Assembly: GCF_018350175.1 (NCBI RefSeq)
Contig: NC_058368.1
Coordinates: 204,230,001 to 204,294,000, forward strand
DNA length: 64,000 nt
Source of the DNA: Felis catus
Lineage: Eukaryota
Reading direction: 5' to 3'
The notes beneath the pieces were generated by a model. The model was not told the origin of the DNA, searched no databases, and was given only the letters and a program-made list of their open reading frames with translations. Positions 36,411 through 48,535 of the stretch are shown here, piece after piece. A program made the position numbers and the translations under genes. Positions within the stretch are counted from its first letter, which is position 1; the number at the start of each line of letters is the position of its first letter.

Positions 36411-36469
36411 ACTGTTTGTGATCATCAGTAATAAGTACCAAAACTAAGTACTTATGATACTAGTTAAAA

Positions 36470-38344
36470 AAATTTTTTTAACATTTATTGATTTTTTTAG
36501 AAACAGTGACAGAGTGCAAGCAGGGGAGGGGCAGAGAGAGAGAGCGAGAGCGAGACACAGAATCTGAGGCAGGCCCCAGGCTCCTGGCTGTCAGCACAGA
36601 GCCCGACACGGGGCTCAGACTCATGAACTGTGAGATCATGACCTGAGCCGAAGTCCAACGCTTAACCCACTGAGCCACCCAGGCACCCCATTATGATACT
36701 ATTTTTTAAATGTCTGTTGTTACTTCTTTTTTTAAGTGATCTATTTTTACTTCTGTAATTTTATGATAATGTCCTTTTATTCTTTATTATTTTTCTTTTT
36801 TTTTAATGTTTATTTATTTTTGAGAGAGAAAGAGAGCGTGAGCAGGGGAGGGGCAGAGAGAGAAGGAGACACAGAATCCGAAGCAGGCTCCAGGCTCTGA
36901 GCTGTCAGCATGGAGCCCAATGTGAGGCTCAAACCCACAGACGACGAGATCATGACCTGAGCCAAAGTCGGACGCTTAATCAACTGAGCCACCCAGGCGC
37001 CCCCATTATTCATTATTTTTCTATGAAGGAAAAGTCTCGATTGAAGTTTTAGAAGTAAGCCAAGCAACAGAAATTTCTTTAGCATCTATTAATATAAATA
37101 GACTTCACAAATGAATGCGTAAAGAGTCAGACATATCCAGAGCATAACTGCTAATCACGTCAACTTCAGGCTATTGCTTTCTTCCAAGTCGGGACTACCA
37201 CAGGCCCCCTTGTCCCACCCTGCTGTTAAGGAGCACGATACAGCGTGGGTATGGAACCAAAAAACAAAGGTAGAGACAAGAATTGAGTAACAATACAGAA
37301 ATGTCACATGTGCCGGCAAAGTAGAAATAAAACAACTAAAAATGTAGAGAAGGGAGAAGGAAGGGGAATGTAGCATAAATGCCTTGATTGATGTTTAGTC
37401 AGTTGGTGGGAGTAGAGAACCCTGGTTTAAGTAGTGCGTTTAAGAGACCCCCCAGCCGTGTGACTTCACAGGGTGGCAAGGTATAGTGTCTGTCTCTCTC
37501 TCTTTTTTAAGTTTATTTATTTATTTTGAGAGAGAAAGAGAGAGCGAGCAGGGGAAGGGCAGAGAGAGAGGGAGACAGAATCCCAAGTAGGCTCCACACT
37601 GTCAGCACAGAGCCTAATGTGGAGTTCGAAGCCACAGAACTGGGAGACCATGACCCGAGCCGAAATCAAGAGTCAGATGCTTAACCGACTGAGCCTCGCA
37701 GGCACCCCCAAGGTACAGTTTTTTTAACAGATGTCTTGTATTTTAGTGTGGTGGGAAGGTTATGCCTCCTAATTTTTTTTTTTTATAGGTACCTAAGTTG
37801 TTTTTTTCACTACTCCTTTTCCTCTTGACCGTCCCCAAAGGGTTCCTCTCCCTTCCTCTTTATCATCTTCTCCCCCAGAACCAGTGCCTTGTAATGCCTT
37901 GAATCATGCACACTTTGAAGTTTTTGCTTTGTAGCCGGTGCTCTGATCTATGAGGGCCCTTTTCAGTGTTTCTCTTTCTAGTAATTTTAGATCAATCTTA
38001 GGTCTCTTCGTCCTTCTTGGCTTGCGGTGGAGGTGTGCAAGAGAGCATGCTGATGTGGTGTTTATCTTAATGCTTTAGAGTATTTGAAGTTTTAGGTGCT
38101 CTCTGACGTCTGTCTAATGCCGAGTGGGATTTGGTATAGTTTTATTTGTCCTTGTCTGTAGTGTTTTTGAGGATGTGTGGGGAGATTCAGATTTAGGCAA
38201 TTTTCACTATCCTCGGCTTCCTTTTCATTCGAAGTTATCTAATTGAGAGGAGCCTGGGTGGCTCAGGCAGTGAAGCATCTGACTCTTGATTTCAGCTCAG
38301 GTCATGATCTCTCTGCCCTTCCCCAGCTAGCGCATGCACTCATG

Positions 38345-38390
<46 letters not shown>

Positions 38391-38415
38391 ATAAATAAAC
38401 TTAATAAAATAAAAT
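36470..38415. mobile_element. SINECs in TMEM267 intron 2: 36470-36689(-), 36790-37003(-), 37495-37709(-), 38248-38415(+, internally deleted)
   Basis: SINEC consensus features. Confidence 0.85.
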
Positions 38416-38811
38416 AATACAGTCTTTCTAAATGTTGTTGTAAGTGCATTCTGAAAATATTCAAGGCCAATATAAACCAGTTACAACAAAATATGTTTTT
38501 CTTGCCTTTATTGATAGAAGAATATTTTCTTTGGTTGTGAGATTTTTTTTCAATGCTGTTAGAGGCCCCAGATAATTCTCTAAAACTCCAAATTTACACA
38601 AACCATACATTTGATATATAAATTATGTTCATATTGTGACTTTTCTAAGCAAATAATAGAAAACTTTAAAAAATTGATGGCCAGGTTCTTGAGATCTTGA
38701 TTCCATTTTTAATGCAAAGAAATATCCTACTCACACCTAAATCTTCTTTGCTTTACACATACCAGATTGAATATGTGTATTCACAGGTGACATAGAAAAT
38801 GTTTCCATTGT

Positions 38812-39050
38812 GGGGGCGCCTGGGTGGCGCAGTCGGTTAAGCGTCAGACTTCAGCCAGGTCACGATCTCGCGGTCCGTGAGTTCGAGCCCCGCATCAGGC
38901 TCTGGGCTGACGGCTCGGAGCCTGGAGCCTGTTTCCGATTCTGTGTCTCCCTCTCTCTCTGCCCCTCCCCCGTTCATGCTCTGTTTCTCTCTGTCCCAAA
39001 AATAAATAAACGTTGAAAAAAAAAATTAAAAAAAAAAAAAAGAAAAAAAG
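38812..39050 (+). mobile_element. Young cat-type SINEC
   Basis: Nearly identical to the 36179 copy; perfect TSD AGAAAATGTTTCCATTG; long A tail. Confidence 0.93.
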
Positions 39051-39166
39051 AAAATGTTTCCATTGCATTTCTAATAGACTCCTGGAAAATATTTTAGAAT
39101 ATTAAGAAGCATCTACAAAATTTTGTTTGCCAAGAGGGAAATGATACCAGCTACTTTCCCCTGCAG

Positions 39167-39502
39167 GCTGCTTTGACTCTTCCACGAAGACCTTTTCTTC
39201 ACTGTTCTACCGTGATACCTGTCGTGGCTCTGACCTTGAAGTTTACTATGCACCTTTTCAAGCTCAAAGACTCATGGTGCTTTCTCCCCTGGATGTTATT
39301 TATATCCTGGACCTCACATCATATCCGAGATGGAATTCGTCACGGCTTGTGGATATGCCCATTTGGAAAAACTTCTCCTTTGCCATTCTGGCTTTATGTC
39401 ATAATCACATCCTCTTTACCTCATATCTGTTCATTTGTTATGTATTTAACAGGGACCAGACAAATGATGTCTGCAAAACATGGAATTCAGATTGACGTCT
39501 GA
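39167..39502 (+). CDS. TMEM267: Transmembrane protein 267, last coding exon
   Basis: Acceptor ccctgc[21 protein letters not shown]...[13 protein letters not shown]...[11 protein letters not shown]; total 215 aa, the length I recall for human TMEM267. Confidence 0.93.
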   Translation, partial: AALTLPRRPFLHCSTVIPVVALTLKFTMHLFKLKDSWCFLPWMLFISWTSHHIRDGIRHGLWICPFGKTSPLPFWLYVIITSSLPHICSFVMYLTGTRQMMSAKHGIQIDV

Positions 39503-39637
39503 AGTAACTGTATGCCACTCTGAGAGAAGGAAATGGTTCAGACGATAATTAAGGGTAGCTGACATTATAAATTAAAAAATATATATTAATTATTATAATT
39601 CCTGAATCCTCTTGCTCGGGAGGCATGCACCCTTTTT

Positions 39638-39641
<4 letters not shown>

Positions 39642-39682
<41 letters not shown>
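39642..39682. repeat. (TA)n microsatellite in the TMEM267 3'UTR
   Basis: About 20 TA units. Confidence 0.95.
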
Positions 39683-39687
<5 letters not shown>

Positions 39688-40206
39688 ATAATTTTACTTC
39701 TCTCTTCTATAATACACTAGTACAATATTAGAGTTTCATTTATTCCGTGACATATTTTTATTGTGTCTTCTGTTTATCTGGCTTTACCAATAGCTCTAGT
39801 AGACTAACATCCAGTTACATTTTCTGGAGGTGCACATTTAAGGCAGTCCACTTCAGGATGAAAAACAGATCAAATTGTAGGGTGCCTAATTTGAAGGCAT
39901 TTGTGTCCACATTTTCCTGAGATACTGAAACAGTGAAAGAGCCAGAATAAATGAGATCCTGAATAAGACGTATGGTGACCACTAAGATTTCTTCATTTTC
40001 CTCTATGTCGAACCTGAGTGAAGTTTGATTTGCCAGGTACTTTAGTGAGTTGTGATTACCGGCGGAATCTGTGCCAGTACACTTGTAAGAAATCATCATA
40101 TTCATAAAAGATAGTAACTAATATTAGATCTAGATTATTGTTTCAGGAATCACTTTAGGAAATAATTATTGTAATATGTTGCCTGTAGTAACATTGCTCA
40201 AGTATT

Positions 40207-40410
40207 ATTTTTTTTAAAGTTCATCTATTTATTTTGAGAGAGAGAGTGTGTTCATGAATGGGGGAGGGGGAGGGAGAGAGAGAGTCCCAAGCAGGCTCTG
40301 CTCTGTTGCACAGAGCCTCATGTGGGGCTTGAACTCACAAATCGAGAGATCATGACCTGAGCCAAAATCAAGAGTCAGACTCTCAACCGACTGAGCCACC
40401 CAGGCGCCCC
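40207..40410 (-). mobile_element. SINEC in the putative TMEM267 3'UTR
   Basis: Reverse SINE head ending at 40410; TSD AGTATTATTTTTT. Confidence 0.85.
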
Positions 40411-41178
40411 AGTATTATTTTTTTTAGTATCTTTGCCCCCGAATCCCATGTGTTAAGGTTTTAACTGTTCTGAAAAAACATAATTAAATTAACAAAATAT
40501 TAATACATGGCTTATAACCATGGAATTTGAATTCACACAAAAAAAGGACTTAACCAGTAATGTTATTTCAGATGTAAACTCCTAAGGTGTCATTAAAATT
40601 GTTTTAGTTGCTATCAGTTTGTTTACACACTATTTAAAAATATTATACCAGTTAAATAATTTTTAAAACATTTGCCTGATGCAGAGAGACAAAACATACG
40701 TTTTTCAAAATGAAGGAGTTTCAGGAAATTTGCCTTTTCCTTTGTCCTTTCAGGTTAACCTGTCAAAAATGATTAACCTTTATTAGAGAAGGAAAATTTG
40801 GTTGCTATAAAATTTTACATTTTCACAGTTTAATGTCACTTTGATATAAACGTCAGTGCCCTAAAGACACTTGCTTTGTTTTTTTGTATCCTATGTGCCA
40901 TCTGCTGTCTTTAGATTTTCTCACACATTTGTGATTTGTAATGCTAGTGATTGTGTGCCTTATTCTCTGAGAAGTGCTGAAGCAACGCCTTATCCAAAGC
41001 ATATTCGTCTTATTTATTAAGTTAAACAGAGCTCTGTAAACTGTCACAAGTGTTCATTTTACTTTGGTTTTCTTTTTGTTGTTAACCAATTGGTTGCAAT
41101 CTATTATATCTTAGAATCTATTAGATTTTACAATCTATTATCTTTTGAGAGCAATGATTGTGTCACTTTGGTGGGTAT

Positions 41179-41263
41179 AATAAATATTATATAGTGGGGG
41201 GAAATTTGAATAAGGTAGGGATTTTTTTTTAAGTATATGATGTCAGAAATCCATGGAAATAAA
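41179..41263 (+). terminator. Candidate TMEM267 polyadenylation signals
   Basis: AATAAA at 41179-41184 and 41258-41263, about 1.7 kb after the stop codon. Confidence 0.4.
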
Positions 41264-41639
41264 GCATATATCTTCTATCGCTTTTTCTGACTAAATTATA
41301 AAACTACTTTTTCTTTCTCCAGATAAAACGAAGGAATGCTATTAAAATATAGGGCCTTATTTAGGAATGTCACACTGGCATTTTAGGGGTGGTTTTTGTA
41401 TTAGAATGGGAATTGACTTTGACCATGACTCATTGCTTAACCAGTAACTGCACATTTTAAATGTGGGTTTATCTTCTTTCCTACCTCTACCATCAGAAAT
41501 GATCCTTATCTTCTAAATGGTCTGTGACAGCTGTGGTTGTAACCTCTGGAAATATAGCAGCCAACTTCGCATGCCACCATTTTGTTTTTCACCTCGTTGA
41601 AAGAGTTTGTGTCAATACGACATTTATATTGAAAATTGG

Positions 41640-42663
41640 TGCCAGAGTCCAGCTCCGGCAGGTCCAGGGTTCCCGAAGGATGAACGGCGTCGGCGAAAAA
41701 GTGAAAAAAAAAGGCAAAAGACAAAAATAAAAATGGACACAGACAACAGCAGTGTGTTGAACTGGCCGCTTTCTTGTGGCAAATGTGGCATTATATTTGT
41801 TAGCAATTTCCTTGTAGTGTGCGTCATCTATGTTTTCTAGCATTACCTAATTCTAAAAATGTTCCTATGTGTAATCACCCTTTAAGGAATAACATGGTTA
41901 TTTTCTCATAACGTTCCCTCCTGCCCTTTGCTTATTGATTAATTTCTTACATTATTTTCATTATGTATCTACATTTATCTATAATCTATAAAGCATTTGC
42001 TTTGCTGTTTTCATGAAAAGTCATCTCTCTCAACACCTCAAGTGGAACAGTTACAGGGACGTGACCTCTTAGTTGTTTCTCGGAACCATTTGTGGCTTGA
42101 GGAGCAAAAGTGTTCACCTCGGTCTGAGGTTCCAGAAGGGGGCCAAGAGGGCCTTAGGAACCCACGCCTTATACATTCTCAGAGAGACAATGCACCTAGG
42201 AATTAATGAACCATTCTGTACCTTAACCGACTAGGTTCAATCATCATCTGGAATGCCTCCTGGGGGCCAAGTGGGCCTAGGGGTTGGAGTAACTTGTGCC
42301 CAGAGATACACTCCTTTGTTGCTGGAGTGGGGCTTTTAAATCCATTTATTCCTCCTTTGCTGGCAAATGTATGAGGCTATCCTTCCTTTAGGTAGAGTTG
42401 TCTTTATAGGGGGTGGCAAGGGCTAAATGTTGGGCCGCACAATTTCCTCGCGGAACCTTATTTCTTTCCCCAATGATTCTTTTCCCAGGGGGCCTGCCGA
42501 GGGCAATTCCCCAACAGACAATTCCCCAGGTACTTTTATTAAGGCCAAATTACATAAAAACGGGAGTACGAGAAGCTTCACTGTCGGTGGACCGCCTGCA
42601 GTCCTGATCCGTCCACCGCCCGGGCCCTGCCATCAGGCTGGTTGGATAGCTCGGCTTCCGACA
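41640..42663 (-). mobile_element. Solo LTR, probably class II (ERVK/betaretrovirus-like), 1024 bp
   Basis: TG...CA termini (TGCCAGAG...TTCCGACA) flanked by a perfect 6-bp TSD AATTGG (41634-41639 and 42664-42669); CpGs retained; orientation inferred from recalled similarity to ERVK-type LTR ends. Confidence 0.8.
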
Positions 42664-43386
42664 AATTGGATTGTATCTTGTTTGCATATATGTGTTTTCT
42701 TCATCCATTAAAGTCCTCCACTCACTTAGTGGAGGCTGGTCCACTGATCTAACCTTCCAATCTGCTGTTTTCTAGAGGCATGTTAGTTGTAGCTACTCAG
42801 AAAAACTTCCACCATTGACCTGCCATTGAACTCTACTCTTCCTCAAGTCTAATTCCCTTTAAGTGATAGGCTAAGTTAAAACACCTCTGTGTCCGCACTT
42901 CCTTTCTTCAACTTAGGCAGCCACCATCACTACTACCTCCAATCAGGCGGACACACCCTGGTTCCATTTTGTTTTGGCTAGTGGGACAATTACTTAGTTT
43001 TTCCCATTTTCCCAACTGAAGAGGAGAGGAAATAGGCCATATTCTGGTCCTTGCTCACTATTGTCATGGCTAAACCTATTATCCACCCTAGTTCCCAGTT
43101 TTTCCTTTGATATCTCAATATATTACTCGTTCTTAATCCTCCTCATCCCCACATGCTACTCTCTCTAAGGCTCCCTTTCACCTTCTTTGATGATCTCTTT
43201 TTTCCTTTTATTCCAATGCTTGATTTTACCCTCAGTCATCAGATGAGCCACCTGAACATTCCCCTTTTTCTTCTATACCAATGACTCATCACTACATCAC
43301 ACCAGCCATGCACAAGTACAGCAGGCCTGCTTTTTAAATGACACTGCTCTTTGCTGAGATCTCAAACGTTGTTTAACTTTCTAGAC

Positions 43387-43974
43387 CAGTGGTTCTCAAA
43401 CTCTAGCATACATCAGAATCACCTGTAAGACTTGTTAGAACAGGGATTGCTGGAGACCCACCTCCAGAGTTTTGATTGGGTAGATCCCAAGAATTTGCAT
43501 TTCCAACAAGTTCCTGGTTGATACTGTGAAAGGTGAAATGAAATGGGCTCGCTTATGTCAGGTACCTTGAAAATGGAGCTGGGAGGCCATTAAGGAGATG
43601 GGCCTCCTGCACGCCCTCACTGGTGGAACCATGAACTCTTGAACTGAGCCAACCTCAACTATTACAAGCACTCAAACACCTGCAACTTGCTACACTAAGA
43701 GACTTTGCTCAGCAACCAATTTATACTCCCTCAAGAGTAACTTTCTGCCCTGAGCACCAATAAAAAAATTCTTTTGAACAACCTATACAAACTTTCCTTT
43801 TTTGCTTTAAAAACCCCTGACTTTGCTCCCTAGTGGGACCCTATTTGGATTACTACCCAAATCTGAACTGCAATTCTTTGGTCCCCAAAAAACATTCTTA
43901 ATTATTGCCTCCTGACGATTTTAGGTTGACAATATTGATGCTGTTATTCAGGAACCACACTTTAAGAACCACGA
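43387..43974. mobile_element. MER5A-like hAT element split by an LTR insertion
   Basis: CAGTGGTTCTCAAA...TTTAAGAACCAC ends; 8-bp TSD TTCTAGAC / CTCTAGAC (7 of 8 match). Confidence 0.75.
43525..43931 (+). mobile_element. Solo LTR (ERV1-like), ~407 bp, nested in the MER5A-like element
   Basis: TGTGAAAGG...GGTTGACA termini; 4-bp TSD ATAC / ATAT; the MER5 sequence resumes on both sides. Confidence 0.7.
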
Positions 43975-45689
43975 CTCTAGACTCATCCTGTTTCTTTAAC
44001 TTTATTCCCTTCGCTCCTCTTCCTTGAGCTGACTCTTGCCTTGTTAATATCTTTAATTTTTCTCAGCCTTCCTTTGTTGCTAGGTCCATCAGTCCTCTGC
44101 TAGGCACATTTGACTCTGTCCTTCTACCCAGGCGGTGCTCTGGGTTACTGTTTACTATTTCAGCCCTCAGTGCCCAGACGCCCTGTGTACTATCCAATCA
44201 GCTGACCTAGAATAATACGCATAGTCGGCTTTCCCCAGTTTTACTTGTGAAACCCTACTGACTTGGCCTGCTATCTAACTTCAACTGGGTATCTTAATAA
44301 TACTTTGCCCACTACTAAACAATTTTTTTTCCAAATACTGTACCCAAAAAGAGAAGCCTCAGAATTTCGGCCCGTATTAGTTCCAGCCCAAAGCCAAGAG
44401 GCTCACAGCATTCCACTGATCTGAGAAATTTATATTAATACTCAATCTCCACAATGACCTTGCACTTTGCATAAACCCAAGGCATTGCCACGTGTGACCC
44501 CTTGGCCTTTCTTTACTTCCCAGGAATAAAGATACAAATAAAAGCATTTCTGAAGCATCTTACCCTTTGCCTGACCTGGCAAGGAGTTATTTGGCTTACA
44601 TACCCAGCAGCACTAAGTAACATTGCTTTGATGTCTGGCAATGGGGAGGGGAAAGTCTGCATCAAGCTCTAACACTCATTTTTATCCTCTTCAGCACTTC
44701 AGCACGCTGTGTGAGATTTCAAAGAAAGCACCTATCCAGATTCACACACCCTTTCTCATTCAGTATTCATTGGACTTAATTGAAGCAACACCCAGGCTCC
44801 CAGGTCAGCATCATTGGTGCCATGCACGTAAAGTGGAAGGCAGAGAGAAAATTTTCCCTAGATATCTGGGTGATGCTCAATAAAGTATAAAACACGGGAT
44901 AGTGGTTACGTAAGAGACCGCGTGCAGGTGTAAAACATAGCTCAGTGACAGCGGTTAGACATCATTGCCAGCAGCTATTTCACACAGCCGCAGGGAAATG
45001 ATTGGAGCTTTTTAAAGTCTTCATGAAAGACCCTGCTATAAGGACCTCATTGTGTGCTGTAGAGGCCTTCCTCTCCTTGGAGAGCCGTGTGTAAATACTA
45101 CCCTTCCCTCTTCCTGGACTGCCACGGCTGTTTGCCCAGAGTCTATAACAATAGTCTCTCAGTGTTAGGCCTGGTCTCCCGGCCAGTAGAGGCTCCAGTG
45201 TTTCTTTAGATTCTGAACAGATTGACACAGGACTGGCTTCACGAAGGGTGGCACGGACTCCAGGCCGTTCCTTCTGCAAAGGGCTCTGTCATTCCTCAGA
45301 TGTGAGACCCACAGCCAGTCACTTGGCAAGTTCTCTGCTCCCATATCCACATGTCAATCCAAGTGAGGTAGGATTAAATTAAACCTCAGAGGATCTTTGA
45401 AAGGGGGAAAATACTACAAAACAGTGGGAAGAGGGGCTCCTGGGTGGCTCAGTCAGTTAAGCATCAGACTCTTGATTTTGGCTCAGGTTCGTGCTGAGCG
45501 TGGAGACTGCATGGGATTCTCTCTCACCCACTGTCTCTGCCCCTCCCCTGCTCACCCACTTGCTCGCTCTCCCTCAAAATAAATAAATAAACTTAAGAAA
45601 AAGAAAAAGAGTGAGAAGAAAGAAGAGAGATGGGAAGCCTGTCTGTCTCCTTGGCCTGCTTAGAGGTTGTAGGGTATATGCCTGTGTGT

Positions 45690-46200
45690 GTCCCCTATTA
45701 CTCTTCTTTTGCTGCTATAACAAATTAGCATAAATTTATTGGTTTAAAACAAGGTAAATGCATTATCTTCCAGTTCTGCATGTCAGAAATCCAAAACAGG
45801 TCTCAATGGGTTAAAATCAAGGCATCAGCTGGGACGTGTTCCATCTGAGTTTCTAGGGAAGAATCTGTTTCCTTGCCTCCTGCAGCTTCTAGATGCCCCC
45901 TGCATCCCTTGGCTAGTGGCCCCCGTATTCTGTCTTCAAAGCTAGCAATGGCAGGTTGGTTTCCTTCTTCACATGCATCTTTCTGATCCTCTTTTGATAG
46001 TCGTGTCTCCCTCAGACCACAGCTGGGAAGATTCTCTTATTTAAGGACCCACGTGATTAGATTGGGCCCTGCTGGATAATCCAGGCCAAGTTCCTCAGCT
46101 CAAGGTTCTTTATCACATTTGCAAAGCTTCTCTTGCCATGCAGGGTAACATATTCACAGGTTCCAGGGATTAAGATACGGGGGTCATTCTTCTGCTTACC
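45690..46200 (-). mobile_element. MLT1 (MaLR) LTR
   Basis: TGCTGCTATAACAAATTAGCATAAATT...GTAACATATTCACAGGTTCCAGGGATTAAGA resembles the reverse strand of MLT1 LTRs. Confidence 0.75.
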
Positions 46201-46591
46201 CTTAGATATTTTTAATGGTTTTGTTGGTGGTGGTTTTGTTTGTTTAATACGAGCTGGCAAGACACTTCCCACATAACAAAGACTGGTCTCTTGAATCCTG
46301 TGCACCGGACCAGAATTTAGCCCTGGTGTCTTTGCACAAGTCACATGTCCTTTTTGAGCCAGTGAGGAATAGGCCAAATGCTTTCCAAGACTCTCTTCCT
46401 GCTCTAGCTTTCTATAATCCCAGCTCCTTGTCCCAGGAATGGGGGGCTCCTCAAATTCTGGGGAGATAACCTCCAACTTGTCTTGCCAGAGTTAAGTTTA
46501 TTTTTGGGAAAATAATGACCTTTTTTCCTTTGCTATTGACACTACGGTTCTATTTGTCCTCTATTTTCTCCGTGTGGAACCACTGAATCTT

Positions 46592-47229
46592 TTTTTTTTT
46601 TTTTTTCAATATATGAAGTTTATTGTCAAATTGGTTTCCATACAACACCCAGTGCTCATCCCAAAAGGTGCCCTCCTCAATACCCATCACCCACCTTCCC
46701 CTCCCTCCTACCCCCCATCAACCCTCAGTTTGTTCTCAGTTTTTAACAGTCTCCTATGCTTTGGCTCTCTCCCACTCTAACCTCTTTTTTTTTTCCTTCC
46801 CCTCCCCCATGGGTTTCTGTTAAGTTTCTCAGGATCCACATAAGAGTGAAACCATATGGTATCTGTCTTTCTCTGTATGGCTTATTTCACTTAGCATCAC
46901 ACTCTCCAGTTCCATCCACGTTGCTACAAAAGGCCATATTTCATTCTTTCTCATTGCCACGTAGTATTCCATTGTGTATATAAACCACAATTTCTTTATC
47001 CATTCATCAGTTGATGGACATTTAGGCTCTTTCCACAATTTGGCTATTGTTGAGAGTGCTGCTATAAACACTGGGGTACAAGTGCCCCTATGCATCAGTA
47101 CTCCTGTATCCCTTGGGTAAATTCCTAGCAGTGCTATTGCTGGGTCATAGGGTAGGTCTATTTTTAATTTTCTGAGGAACCTCCACACTGCTTTCCAGAG
47201 CGGCTGCACCAATTTGCATTCCCACCAAC
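46592..47229 (-). mobile_element. Young 5'-truncated felid L1 insertion (638 bp)
   Basis: Poly(T) on + strand; uninterrupted ORF2 C-terminus WWECKLVQPLWKAVWRFL...DRYHMVSLLCGS; perfect 16-bp TSD GGAACCACTGAATCTT (46576-46591 and 47230-47245). Confidence 0.93.
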
Positions 47230-48494
47230 GGAACCACTGAATCTTAATACAAAGTCTTTCTCCATTCTCCATGCAAAAAAAAAAAAAAAGATTTAAATTC
47301 ATAAAAGCTTTGGCCAGTCAAACATCCATAGTTCATCTGAGTGAAAATGGAGCCAGTACTTGCCCTCACACAACACCGGTTCACTTGGCCACTGAGCAAA
47401 TGCTTAATGTGTTCCTACTCCGTAGCAGGCCTCGTATGAAACATTAATGATCTGGGGACGCCTGGCTGGCTCAGTTGGTGCAGCATGCAACTTGATCTCA
47501 GGGTTGTGAGTTCAAGCCCCACATTGGGCATGGAGCTTACTTAAAAAAATAATAATAATAATGTTCTAAGGGTGAAAAACACACAGTCTCCATCTTGAAC
47601 CTGTAGGCTAATGGCAGAGACATACAGAAGACAGGCCATTTCCGTATAGCATGATCAGTAGGGCAATAAGAGCAAACACGGGGCCTCTGAAGTCCCATTA
47701 GGAAAGAAAGGGGAGTTCCCTGAAAACTAACAGAAAAGCAGGGGGCTCCCGTGAAGGCCAGAGGGAGGTGATGGAAAGGGTGGGAAGACCCCCAACGCTG
47801 AGGGAACAGCAATTACGAAGGCTCAGAAGCCCCCAGTGACAGCATGTAGGTGGGACAACAGGTAATTCAGCTTTGCTGGATTAGGGTGTCTGGAGTGGGA
47901 GAGGTGAAGGCTGAAGGCAGTCAGCTGACAGCACGGGGCCTGGATCCTCCTCTGCTAGTTGAGGAGCTGGGAATACCCTGAAGGCAATGTGGAAGACTGG
48001 AGAGGGGTAAGGGGTAGGAGGAGCAGGTTTGCCTTTCTTCCTGGAGGCTGTAACTGGGAGTTGAGGCCAAGAGCCCCTGTGTTGGAACTGATGTCACGCA
48101 GCCGTGTCCTCTTCCCATCAAGAATGATGAAGACTAGAGGCACAGGCCTATGTGGCTCAGTGCCGATGACTTCTGAATTTAGGCTACTTACAATCTAAGA
48201 AGAAAATACTAGAAATAATATCTAAGCAAACCGGGGATGTGGCCCCTCTCCCCTCGCGTGTAGCCTTTTCGGATCGGGTTCTGCCTCCGCGTGGAGCTCT
48301 GGCCGATCGGGAGTGCCCAGAATGGAAAGTGCTCACTCTTGGCCTTGGGTACGTGCTATTCCCTCTGGCTGGAAGGCGTTTCCTTCCCCACTTTGGCGTC
48401 TGTGTAGCTCTTACTCCTTCAAGATCACCTCAAGTGCATCCTCTCTGTAAATCACTTTATTTATTTTTATTTATTTTTAATGTTTTTATTTATT

Positions 48495-48535
<41 letters not shown>

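Noticed and set aside
41506..41843. Cluster of overlapping 67-84 aa ORFs on both strands
   Set aside because: They straddle the left boundary of the solo LTR, have no splice context and resemble no protein I recognise
46829..47302. 157-aa ORF as a possible gene
   Set aside because: It is the ORF2 tail of a truncated L1 fused to flanking sequence, with no promoter or reverse transcriptase domain
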